64,000 bases of DNA from Peribolospora baueri (lineage: Eukaryota). The position numbers and the translations under genes are program-made. Below, piece after piece: positions 25,501 through 37,496 of the stretch. Below the pieces are notes generated by a model, which did not search any database, was not told the origin of the DNA, and worked only from the letters and a program-made list of their open reading frames with translations. The first letter of the stretch is position 1; every line of letters starts with the position of its first letter. Location of the stretch: assembly GCA_029717555.1 (NCBI GenBank), contig JAMDHS010000008.1:186001-250000 (forward strand). The letters are read 5' to 3'.

Positions 25501-26467
25501 TGAAGAACGTTTTGAGAAGAGAAGAGGACGAAGGTGAGCACGATTGGAAGTCCGAGCGCCATTGGAGAGGCCTAGAAAGGGTATAAGGACGAACTCAAAA
25601 GCATCTCTGTCTTGATGTCCACTTTACATGGCTCACTGCGTACTCCGTGGATACAGTTCCAAGGGCGGAGCTACCTGTCTGGTTGATTACACGAATAGCA
25701 GAGCAGCACCGCATCGACGCTTTGACGGCGAGCGGGAGCTCCCTTCGCTCCCGCACAGACTCAGCATCGGGCTATGGAGGAACCCCGACCGTAGGGTTGA
25801 GCAACGCCACACTGAGTGGAGTTCCGCCGGGCGCAATGGAACGACTTGGCTCTACTTCTGTGGTAGGAACCGGGGCTATGGGACATGGCGTCGTGGCTCC
25901 GCCGGACATCACGCTGCTCCTGGCACGAGAAGCGAAAAAGATCAAGCACTCACACAAGCAACTGCTGCTCGATAAGGGTGAGTACAGCATTCGATCTTGT
26001 TTGGAGGACCTCCATCGCCGCCAGCTATGTCCTTCTCTCCGACGCGCTTGCGACTGGGGCTTTGGAACCTCTCTAGCGGACTGCTTTGCTCCTGTTCTCG
26101 ATGCTTACTGGTCCTTCGTCTCTGTCTCATTCCTCTATCCCCCTGCGCACTCGATGCGGCAGCCTCTGCTCACATGAGCTCGCTGACGGACGCAGTCGTC
26201 TCAGGTACGATCCCAGTGGTCGCGGTGGAGTTCTCCTCGCCCATAGCCTTCCGAAGACTATGTGCGGATGGCGCTGTCCTGTCTGATGACGCGTTCCGGG
26301 GCGTGCTGGACGCTCTACCCGTAGGGGAGCGGGAATACGCAGAAAGCGTTCGAAGAGCGATCCTGAAGCACGCGCAGAAGGAGAAGGACCCTTCGACGAC
26401 GGCCACGCCCCGCGTTTGGCTCTACCACATAAAGGAGGATCGGTCGGCCCTGGTCACATTGGCTTGA
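19520..26467 (+). CDS. GCN2: eIF2-alpha kinase GCN2 (RWD, pseudokinase, kinase, HisRS-like)
   Basis: RWD QANEIEVLKSI..LPKTYP; kinase SRYRNDFDEVEFLGKGGFGEV, HRDLKPSN, IGDFG, GTSLYVAPE, TGMERI; HisRS-like LPYDLTVPFAR, KVYRE, AAGGRYDHL; many introns. Confidence 0.95.
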
Positions 26468-26863
26468 TCTCCGGCCGTTCGGCCTTACACTTAGAACGAG
26501 TCTCCCGAGGAGCACCGTGTTATGTTGGTAAAACGGAACGACTGTCATAATTCAAGGAAGCACGGTTTCCTGCTAATGACCATCGGATTATATTTGGGTG
26601 CGAACAACATGTTGTCATTACGCGCAATTTGCCATGGTGGCAAGGATGGCAGACTGTGACCCTGGGGAGCGCCATACGTCCAGAATTCTGGACAGGACAT
26701 TGGTCATGTTCCTCCCATTGCCGATGGTCAATGACATTGCATGACCCAAGGGCCTGACGTACAAGCCACATGGCTAGTATCTATATATTTGATCCGTTTG
26801 TCACCTGTGAGAACTGTGATTCGAGTTTTGCAGCCTCATGGCCCTCTCCAACTCCCGCCCAAG

Positions 26864-28150
26864 TCAGTTCTTCAGACCCTTCTTAGCGGCACATGATCTG
26901 ACAAATCCCTCAGCCTCCTTCTCCTTCCCTTCCTGTCTCAGCTGAGCCGCCTTAAGTTGGATGAGATGGTCCGCAAGCTCATACTGAGACAGAACTGTGG
27001 GAGAGAAGTGGGCGGCCCCTGTGATTCTGCCTAGACAGGCCTGTTACAGATGAAAGCGTTCAATGTTGAAAGATGAGTAAAATGCCCAGCGACGAATGAC
27101 GACGGCAGAGAGCACGCTTGAGTGACCACAGTCAGTCACTCACCTCAGACCCACAAGTGCAGTCGAAGGGTTGCTCCATGTCAAACTCAGTAGATGGGTA
27201 GACTGATGGACAGCAAATGAGGCAAAAGAGCGTAGACGATCAGCACCTCCGTCTCCTCCTCTCACTGACGTTCGCACTTGCGTGGGAGATCGAAACTTGT
27301 ACAAGCAAGCATCGATGGGGCAAGTCGTGCTTCTCACGAGTCATGCACAACCCTGTCCACACCACCTGCCATCAGCTAATACACTCACAAAACGTCAAAG
27401 TCTGTCCGGGTTCGATGTCCCGGAGGGCGCGCACGTGCCAGTTCTTGGCGTCACCATCAACGACGAACGCGACTGATGGCGAGCACGAGTGGTTGCAGTA
27501 AAGAAGGCTGTGAGAGATTATTGGGAGAAAGGGAGTGAGCTTGGGAGTGACTTGAGCGAAAGTGCGGGCAGGTATACGGTCCGCAAGCGACCTCTCCTTT
27601 CATCTGTCCTCTCTCACTCCAACCGGGTCTGGACAACACCCGACCAGCCAGCATTGTCTCGACGTCGCCAAACGTCTTTGAGTCGGCCAACCTCTCTTCG
27701 CGAACCGCCCAACCCCCCCCTCCCCCAAAGAAAGGACCGGACTGGAGACTACTCAACTCGCTGTTTAGCTCGATATGCTTGTCATGGGAAACCTGCACGC
27801 TCGAGTATGCCTTGGAGCCAGGTGTCGTCCCTTCGATAGGACAGATGTTTTGGCCGCGGGTAAATGTCTGGAAGGGGGTGGGGAGCACGTGCGAGAGATT
27901 TCGAATGAATCCGGAGAGAGAATGAAGCGTTGTGAGAGGGGCGAAAAAGACGGAGCCTGTCCTCAGCTGGAGCCCCGGAAGCGCAACAGCTCGCCGTTCC
28001 TGAATCCCGTTTCTCGCTCACCTTCAAAGAGACGAGGCTGGAGTTGTACGCCCCAGGCTGCCAGGACACTTGAAAGAGCTCGGGGTGGGTGGGACGGTGG
28101 CCGTTCTTGCCGGCGGTCGTGCCATTGGCGTAGCCGTTGGAGATCGACAT
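26864..28150 (-). CDS. Small stand-alone SET/post-SET domain protein (putative lysine methyltransferase)
   Basis: Five exons join to ..YSSVQVSHDKHIELNSD-LLYCNHSCSPS..ALRDIEPGQTLTF-FYPSTEFDMEQPFDCTCGSE-ACLGRITGA..KN*; NHSC and CxCxxxxC motifs. Confidence 0.8.
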
Positions 28151-30077
28151 TGTCCACTGTGATGCAGGGTGAAGGGTTCAGGAACGGAGAAAGGCTCTCT
28201 GAAGGGAGTGGAATGTGGGGAGGTGCTGAACGAAAAGTGGGTTGAGACGGCGAGCAGGAAGGTCAGGGAGAGGACGGCAGCGTGTTCAGTGAGGACGAAC
28301 CTGTAAAGCTGTACGAGCGAGGACGAGAAGAAAAAGAAAGCTGACTCTACATTAAGTACGATGATGTGGCTAGCATGAGAGCAGACCCTGCCTAAGCTAC
28401 ACCATTCATGATCGGGACGGCAATTCAGGGTCCAAAGTCGGGCTCCGAACATCCCGCCCCCTCAGCTCGACCCCGCCCGCAGGGTCCCGAAGACGTCGTC
28501 TCCGTCGTCCCCGCCTCGGCGGTCCCACCATAGCGGAACCTCCGGACCTCGTCTTCGCACCCGCCAGCGCTCGTACGTAACTTGCTGACAAGGCAAGGGC
28601 CATCGCTGATTGAGGCCGTGGGTATGCGGTAGCCGGTCGTGCAATAACGAAGTCGTAACGGCGTGAAAGGAGGAAGCGCAGGAAGCAGATGCTTGTGATC
28701 GACGACCACCGGCGTCGAACGGTTGTTCGTCGCTTTTCCCTATCTGGATCGATAACATTTTCCGGCAGATCTCGGCAAAGGGCCTGTACGGCGGTGTCAG
28801 TGGAGGGATGCCATCGTTGCGGCCATGTCCCGCCCAATCTAGCTAGAAGACGGCCCTCCTCGTCGATTTGCTGGCGCCTTCGCCCGTCGAGCAACGTATC
28901 GTGAGCGTTGCATGTGATGGCAGCGAGAGCTGCGCTTGAACGAGGACCAGTGAGATCAAGATCATCGCGCTGCTTGGCCGAGTCTTGCCGATTCGATGAT
29001 CATTGCTCGGGACGACCGGGTGAGAGCTGCGGGTGCCCGATCAGACTGCGGCATGTAGGAACCTCGGGGTTTCATCTCGTTCACGCCGAAACGCCGAAGA
29101 CCTTCGTGATCTTCTTGCGCTCTTCAGGTTCAGAAGTTTGAGGATGTCGGTTGCCTTGGTCGACACCATCTCTGCCTTCCCACACGGAGTGCTGGTCATG
29201 CGAGACAGTTGGTATCGAGCGAATCGGTAAGTGAGGTCAGACGGCAGACAGGTCGTTGAACGACAGGCCGCCTCAGACCGGCGGCTCGAACGAACCATCA
29301 GGTGAGTTTCGCTTCCCGTTCGTTCCCATGCTCCTCCTTCCATCATCCCATTTCCCCCCCGCGGCTCATGATGTCTGAGGCATTTGGCTGTATGTCCCAT
29401 CCTCGCTCCTCCCCTTTACGGGGGTAGGGTCGAGGCTGCGTGACGATGCCGAAAAAACATCTCGCTACCTTACTATGAACCACTGAAGCCAAGCCCCGCA
29501 CCCACCTTCCTCTCTTCCCTCTTTCAACGCGATTCGAGTGAAGCAACGGACGCTAATCTCGCCCCGTTCTTTCTTCTGGCTCTTGCGCTCGCTCGCACGT
29601 CAGGCTCTGTTCGGTGTCTGGTTTCATCGACCCTCTCCAGGTCGCTAGAAGTCGCACTCGTCTTTCGAGACACGACTCCACTTCTGTCTCGCTCTGCTGT
29701 GCCGGTGGAAATGTCCCTAAAATATGTAGGATAGACGAGCCACGGTGAAGAGAGCTGTTCCCTGTTTCTTTGACACATCAAAACGTCTGCATCGAGCGAG
29801 CACGTACACGTTCCACTCCGCCTTCCCTTGCAAGCGGTCACAGCCGTAGCGGGCGAGCAGAGCAGAAGGGGTTAAGTACAATATAAATACGATACAAGAG
29901 CACGTGACGGAAGTGAACGAGTAAAGGAAGGGTTCTGCCGGTCCGCAACTGCGAAGGCATGGGAAGGTGAGGGGCGAGACCGGCGAAAACGTAAGAAAAA
30001 AACCAGTAGGGTTTACTGCGCGCGCATCGAACGTGCCGACCGGCCAATGACGACGACGAGACGAAGGTCTTCGGTCG

Positions 30078-32748
30078 TCATTGTCGGCTATCCCGGTATA
30101 GGTCGATCTTGCTCCTCCTGAACTCTCTGCGCTCCTTCGTGGTGTCCTCCCCACCCATTTTGCCCCATCCTCGCAGGGGTATGACGAGCACGGTGCAGTT
30201 ATCGTCCCTGTCCATCGGCGTTCGAGGTGAGATCGCCATCGCGTGCGTGGAAAGGAGGGAGGCGAAGGGAACAACGTATAGTCATTTCGAGTCAGTATAC
30301 GAACGGTCATTCTCGATCCGGGTCAAGCGAGTGGATGACTGAGCGAGCGACTCGACTCACGCCCCCAGTTCCTCTGCAAAGGTCAACACGCTCTTCGCAG
30401 CTTCTGCCGGCGTGGAACACTCCCGGCACAGGTCCACGATTTCTTGGTCCGACATGACTGAGCCGATTCCATCCGAAAAGGCGATGAGGAAAGCGTGTTC
30501 GTCGCCTTGAAGAACGCGAAAAGGAGTGGCGTCGAACGGATGGGGACGCGGGAAAAGAGATGATTTGGTTCGATGAGCGGCGATTCGAAGATGGAGACGC
30601 CACGCTTTCCGTCGCACCTTTGAGTATCCGAGAGATCACTGCCGGCTCGGCTGTCACACCCATGCGCCTTGCAAAAAAGGAAGCGAGAGGTAAGAATGAC
30701 CTGGCACCGAGTCTTCCCGCGGGCAAAGGGCCATCCCCCGCACAGAAAAACGCGTTCGCAACCGCCACACTCACTTGTACTGAGAATCACCAAACCCTCT
30801 CGTGTTAGCCACCGCGCCCATCCACCGCGCCTCGCCGAAGCTGTCCGTCACCATCCCCGCTCCGAGACGGCGCAGACGTTGCGCCTCCGAGGGTTCGTCC
30901 GGGTGATGGTAGTTTGTGAGAGGTTCAGCGAGGCCGTTCGGGAGGGTGCTTAGCAGCACGCGGGTGTCGCTGCAGGCAGAAAGAAAGGAAGAAACGGGGT
31001 AGGAGAGACCTGTCGGCGTCCGTTCATCCCAGACGTTTTGCGTGGCAAGCCCGGGAAAGAAATACCAACCCGCAATGAGCGATGTTGACACTAAGTTTCT
31101 CGCTGGAGAAGTAAGGTGCGGTGGGAGTATCGAGCGAATGGAGGAGCATGACCGACGCTGTCGAGCCGCCCTTGTTCAGCGACGGCGTCGTCATCACTTT
31201 CCGGTCCGCCTGAGCCAGGATGAAGTGAGTTCAAGATCAGAAGACCAAGCCTAGGAACCAAAACGCACCAGCTTGGCCGTCTGAAAGGAACGGTCAGTGT
31301 GTGAGCTCACCCACCTTTAAGAATGCCAAGGTGGCCCTCTCAGCAATGCTCAAACTCTCAAGCGTGGTGTCTCCGGGACCCTGTCCGGGCGCGGGCGCCT
31401 CATGCTGCAGGTCCCTCAGTGACCTCGCCAGCCTCCTCCGCTCCTCTCTGCTCTGCTCCCCCGAAGACCCAGCCCCATCAGCATTGGAGGGGGATGCGGC
31501 TTCCTCCGCCAAAGCTTTCTCCTTCGCCTCCAAAGCCTCCGCCAATCGCCGATCCGCGTCGCGCATAGACGACGCCGAGGCGATCGAGTCAACGACGGCC
31601 GAATCATGTCGTTTTCCCGATTCAGATCCCTCGAGCAGGTGAACGGGCGAAGAAGAGCCAGACGAGGAAGAATGTCGCGACGCATCTGTCCGGAGCTGGT
31701 GGTACCATGCTGAGAGCAGACCGCCACGGAAGCGTCGGAAGTAACCTCCCAAGCTGCGTGTGTAGTCAACTTCAGTGAACAGAGGGCGACAAAAGTTCAC
31801 AGCGGAAGGGGGGGAGGGGGGAGCGTCGTGCTTAGATTAAACCGGGCTTGCGTCACGCATGGCATACCTGGCGTCCTCCGGACCCTCACTCACCTACGGG
31901 CACAATCTCGTCGATCGTCGCATTCTCGAAACATGCGTGCAGCTCATCGCGCAAGAAAGCGGACACCTCTGCAGAGCCGTGACTGTAGGCGGGAAGTAGG
32001 GAATCAAAAGGGTAGCAGACGAAGATAGTGAAAATGTCAAAGGGGATGCCGAGAAGCTGCATGGGTGGACTTTTTTCACCGTAACGACCACCGCGTCATC
32101 CAGCGCGATCTCACCCGTCGAATATTCCAAACCAAACCACCTGCCCAGCCATCTCATCTCCTCCGGCATCCCTCACCGTCCATCCCGCGGCGGCGTTAGC
32201 AGCGTCCGTGCCCGTCGTGCCTGCGCGGAACAAGGAGGACTTTAATTCTGCCGGGTCAATATGGATGGAGTGTGCTGAAAAAAAATCTTCCTGGTAGCTG
32301 AGTCAATGTGACAAGTTTGGGAAAGTAATCACAGTGATTAAGGACATCCGTCATGAAGAGTCGGAAGCACTGCACAGAAAGGGCGAGAGAGCCGCATAAA
32401 CCGACCCCGCCCGAACACTTACGCCCGTTGTCCTCGAGAGGTTGCCGCGCCAAAAATCTTGTTCATCTTGAGCGGTATTCTAGCTGTCTGGCCTGTTAAA
32501 AATGGGCGTTAGGATGCCTTAGACCCAGTCAGACGCCTATCCCGTCGCTCCACAGTCGACGACGCCACGAGGGCCCGCCTCTCACCATTAGGAGCCTTGG
32601 CCCTCACGTAATCGGTGAACGTCCTCGCCGCCGGCGTCGCCCTCCAACTGCCGACTAGCAACGCCGCGGAAATGCAAGCAACGCGGTATGTGCAAGCGGG
32701 CCGAGTAGGTCGAAAAGCTAGAGAAATGTGGAAAGCGAAAGGGAGCAT
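30078..32748 (-). CDS. PTC6: PP2C-family Ser/Thr phosphatase, PTC6-like, probably mitochondrial
   Basis: RIPLKMNKIFGAATSRGQRAYQED, FGIFDG, GGSTAS, AHCGDTR, ANTRGFGD, SDG, DNCTVLV; Arg-rich, acid-poor N-terminus; alternative in-frame ATG at 32814. Confidence 0.85.
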
Positions 32749-33256
32749 GGAGGGGAAACCGACGGCCGATCGTAATGCGCGCTTGAGGGTCAGCCCGTTA
32801 CGTCGTCCCGCCATGCCCCTCCTTATTCTTCGTTGCGGGGCGCCTGGTGTGGTTAAACGAGGACTGAGCGTTGCCCTTGGATCGTGTGCTGCCGAAGGCC
32901 GTGTCCGGGTTGTTGGATAGAAAAGGCGAACCTCTGGCCTCCCTTCAAGCTTGTCCGGCTAACGAGGTGTTTGTTATATGCCTCGGGACACCTTGTTTCC
33001 GCAGTCACGTGCAGGCGTCAACGATCGGGGCCACGTGATGGCCCACACTACGTCAGCGTCCTTCGTCATCGAGCGCTCTTGACACCATCTCCATCTCGTC
33101 CTTTGTCTCATCTCTCCTTTCCCGTCTTGCCGCACCAGGCAGGCCCTTTCGAGTCAGGCGAGCCGGACAGCTGGCAGGAGAACGGAGGGAACAGCGTCTG
33201 TGCCTGCTGTGTTCTTGGGTTAGGCCAGTCGCCCTGCTGGAGCCCCCGCACCCAAG

Positions 33257-35033
33257 ATGGCGCACAAGGCGCACGAGAGCCTTTCCTCGGCGCTCTACCG
33301 CACGTCGCTTGTCTTCCTCGCTTTGCTCACCGCTATCGTCATTCTCGCCGGTGCCTGGGACCTTTTGCATCAATGCATTCAAAGTGGCGGTTATAGGCGG
33401 TGGAATATCGTCATCTTACTCGGCAGTTATCTGGTCTTGGTGAGTCGCTCCGACTCTCGTTGACGAACATCCTTTGAGCTGAAGCTGCGGCTTTCCGAAT
33501 CCTTATCGCGCTTCCAATCTTTTGTATCAAAGGGAATTGTTTCCCTCATCATTGCCATTTCCCGCATTGTCACAGTACGGCGTGCCCTCCGGATCCTACC
33601 CAAGGCGTATCTACCCACCAAGAAAGACGACGTGCCGAAGGTGAGAGCGTGGCACCCTCGCTGTCGTAGCTTCAGTCTATAGATCTTCTGCTGGCTTCTT
33701 GAGATTCAAATCTATTTTTTGTACCCTACCAGCCTGTCTACCGTCTTATTGACACAGAGTACACGCGCGCTTCGGTCATCGCACATATCTCTGAGCCTCA
33801 GGGAAACACTCAAAATGGCTGGGGACGGCCAGGTAGGTGGCGATCAAGCGTTCTTCATCCCGCTTCTAAGGCCACGTGAACAAAGCTCATTTGTTTGAAC
33901 ATCTCGATAATTCCCGGTCCAGGAACCGAGTTTGAGGAGGTCCACTTCAGAACGGCCGTCATTGACACGTTCAGGATGTTCGGTGAGTTTCGTAAGCGAT
34001 CTCGAAACGCGGGGTTTACGCGGAACCTCCTGCACTTTGCTTGCTCATGTGCTCGCGAAATGTTCGTTTATCACTACAAATCCCAGCGAGACGCACAGCT
34101 CCGTACCTTCCCTCCGACTACCACCGTCGTCTCCCGCCCTCTGCCCCACCCTCTTCCTTCCTGTCCCTCTGCATTGCCCCTCCACCACAGACTTCCCCGT
34201 CAAGCCGCTCTACATCCCCTTCCGCAACATCCTTAGGCGTGCCTCAGCCACTTCTCCCACCAACTGCTGGCCCCCTTCTCCGCCTCTATGCCTCCTACCT
34301 CGAACGCGCCTTGTATGCGCCAGATGAGCCTAGCGAGGAGGACTACAAGGAGGTGGTCAAGGTGGTGGCCGTATTGGTGGGATTGGTGGAGGGGAGGATC
34401 AGGGGCAGAGTGGGCGGAGAGAAGAGCTTCGTTGACCGGGACGGAGAAGGAGGCAGACGGATGTATGATGGGGACATTGACGCCAATTTCGGCTTGGAGA
34501 GGAGTATGCAGGTGGAGGAAGAGGAGAAAGAGCTGTTGAGGGAAGGGAGGAGGGCTACATTGGAGGCCGTCCGCAGGAGAGCCCGCTGGACAGATCAGGG
34601 TGACCCGGCCGGCTTAATGGGCGGAAGATTGAGAGGAGGCGGAGACGAATCGGACTGGCCCTCGTCCCCTCTATCCCACGTCGTCTCCTCTCCCTCCTCT
34701 TTGTCCGCATCTTCCTTCCTCTACGATGATCCCCACGTCGACCACGACCACGACTACAGGACGCCGTCCTCCCACTTTCCGCTTCCGCTGCCTTCATCTG
34801 CCTCTCCGGCCTCTCATTCTCGGCTTCCGAGGAATTCTTCGAGCTCTACAAGACCTTTAAGGCGCATGTTCGACGGGGAGGAAGAGGCAGTAGAAGGAGT
34901 GGGAAGAGATGGGAGGTGGGGGTGGGTGGCAGAGAGGAGGGTGGGAGGGTCAGAGCAAGCCATCGAGTTGCGAGAGATGGGCGGAAGGAGACCGGATGGG
35001 CGGGCGGGTACGTATCCGGGCGAGAAGCGTTAG
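33257..35033 (+). CDS. Conserved fungal membrane protein, DLT1-like (tentative)
   Basis: Two N-terminal hydrophobic helices, then RIVTVRRALRILPKAYLPTKKDDVPK..GWGRPG, resembling my recollection of the Dlt1 family; canonical introns; stop at 35033. Confidence 0.55.
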
Positions 35034-35989
35034 TCAGATAGGGCGTATATTTTGCCCCTGCCCCTTTTCTGCTTTGCTTTTCGCTGTTTTCTCCACTTCA
35101 TATACCTCTACGGGCCGTCTTCGCCCGTCTAATATATCCCTCTTTTCGAGCACAGGGATAGGTTTCGGTGGAGAGGCCCCGGAAGGAGAAGCATCCAGAA
35201 GTCGAATGCAAACCGAGCACAGCAGGGCCATGGTACACAAACGTTTTCTTCCTCCCTCCTTTTCCATACTTCGCCCCCGGGGCGCTCGACTTCATCTCGC
35301 CGAAGCAGTCCGGTTGGTCCAGATGGAGTCCAGATGGAGGGCTCTCTTCCGTCTCAGATCCGGCGACTGGACTGTCCTTAATGGCCTAATATTCCTCAAT
35401 CCCTACAGGGGACACATGGAAGATGGCGAGCATGTGATGGAAGCACATCTCAATTTCCTTTCTCCTCCGTTACCTGTCACCTCCATCTTCAACATCCCAC
35501 GCTGTCCTCATGATGAGATAGTGGGCTGAGCACCTGCCCGATAACAATGACTTGAACTACTTGAACAACTATCACTCCTATCTTACAAGAGTTCTCCATG
35601 AGCTTATGAAAGGTTCAGGACGCAAGCAAATGCCATGTCTTCGACGACGATGAAAGTGAGCGGGCCCGATACGCTCATGTCATCATCCTCTTTTCCTTCG
35701 TTTCAACCGCTTCGACCTCCTGTCGGCTAGCCCACACCCGGGCTTCTCGAAGTCGTCTCCACCAGAGGCCTGCACGTGTGACCGAAGGGAAATCTTGAGC
35801 TACCGACTTCATGACGCCGCGGTCCGTTGCCTCTCCCTTTGCAAAGGGGAACAAGCGGAGCATGGCGCTTATGGACCTTGGTTGTAAAAAATCCCTTCCT
35901 GCAGATCCATCGGACTGAGTGATATCGGCGGATAGGAAAAGGCAACAGACAACGATGATGAGAAGGCAAAGCAGGGCAAAGACGGGCGG

Positions 35990-36730
35990 TCAAAGCACGC
36001 CAAACCCGGTCTCGAGCGCCTCGAGCAGCGCATCCCCATCCACCACCGTGAGAGAGGTCGGCCCGCCCGTTCTCGTTCCCGTGCTCCTGTTGCTGCTCTT
36101 TTTCGGTCCAGTCCAACTCTTCAGATCCGCGCCACCGGGACCGCTCACACCGTTCACCTCTCCCTCCTCGACCTCAGCATCGACAGCCTTTCCCTTCCCC
36201 TTCCGATCGCCCTCGCCCGTGCTCGCGGCGAGCCCATGCGTCCGACCGTCAAGCTGAGCTCTGCGGCGTCTATAGCTTCCCAAACCGCCATTGGACCCCA
36301 CAGGTCGACGTGGAGCGACGGGCGGGTAAGTGAAATTTGACACCGATGAGGTCAAAAAGGATCGAGCCGATAAGACGGGAGAGCCGGGGGCGGATGAGGT
36401 GGTCGGAGTGGGCGAGGGAGACGGCGACGTGTCCGGACCGGATGGAGCGGCTTGGGTCTTGTGCGATAACGGCAAAGACGCAGACCGCCGGCCCCCATCA
36501 GACTCCATCCTGCCGAGATGGCTCGTCGACGCCAAACTCACTCCGGCACAAGCCATGCGGGATCGCCTGGCGGCGGGCGAGTTGCCGGGAGCGTACCGAT
36601 CGAAGGTAGCGAACGTAGATCGAGGGCGGGGGCTGCGTGTACCGGCAGCAGCCCGTTCATCCCGGCATCTTCCCTCCGTTGTCGCGTCGAGAAGGTGTCG
36701 GACCGCGGGAGAGATCATGGCAGCGACCAT
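35990..36730 (-). CDS. Hypothetical Ser/Pro-rich protein (3' exon structure unresolved)
   Basis: ORF of about 245 codons from MVAAMISP containing KGKGKA; a possible donor follows LETG; no recognisable domain. Confidence 0.35.
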   Translation of the reverse strand: MVAAMISPAVRHLLDATTEGRCRDERAAAGTRSPRPRSTFATFDRYAPGNSPAARRSRMACAGVSLASTSHLGRMESDGGRRSASLPLSHKTQAAPSGPDTSPSPSPTPTTSSAPGSPVLSARSFLTSSVSNFTYPPVAPRRPVGSNGGLGSYRRRRAQLDGRTHGLAASTGEGDRKGKGKAVDAEVEEGEVNGVSGPGGADLKSWTGPKKSSNRSTGTRTGGPTSLTVVDGDALLEALETGFGVL

Positions 36731-37496
36731 GTCAAGGGCTGGACGAGGTAGGTTGAGGCGAAGCAGAATGAACGAGTGAGATAGGGAGGTGAGCTCCTTC
36801 AGGATAGTGACAAGCTGGAAGTCGAGGAAAGGAGCTGGGGTCACCCCAGACAAGGAGAAAAAGACCTAATGCTTCGATTCACGGTTCCGTTTTGGCTCGC
36901 CCGAGCATTTGGCGATATCCGTCCGTACATTTATCATTCACTTGCGGTTTCCAAAACCGAAACCTCTCGTCTGGAACCGAAAGCAGAGACCGCCATATCC
37001 GAAGCTGAGGACTCCGGAAGAAAAAGAATCTGTCAGCTCTGGTTCGCCGAAAACGCCGTTGAACTGATGGATGAGTCGGTGCGTCATATATCACGGCGGG
37101 GCGCACCCCGGCTTCTCAACTTTTAAATGCGCCGCCTTATACGGAAAAATAAGACGACGGCGGAGAGTGGAGGGAGAGCGACAACTGAACGGCGAACGAG
37201 CAAGTTTTGGCCTAACGGAGTCGAAGACGAGGAGTTGCGTCGCCAACAGTGTCGGCCATCAACAACCCCGCAGTAGCCGCAGTCAACCGTCCAGTCCATC
37301 TCTTTTCCAGTGACATCTGCCTAATTCGTTTCTATGATTTCCAAGCGGGCCGAGAAGCCCCCACATGTACTTCATCCGTCCGTAATCGACGCTGGAGCTG
37401 GTCCTCGCAGCCAGCTGGCACAGGCAGGGACAAGCGAGCATTTTTATCCGGCTCTTCATATTTCCTCCGACGTCTGCCGCAGGGGTCGGTGCGGAC

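Noticed and set aside
35506..35602. Possible C/D snoRNA (ATGATGA..CTGA with CTCATG/CATGAG ends)
   Set aside because: There is no canonical terminal D box and no convincing rRNA-antisense element. An Rfam or snoscan hit would be needed.
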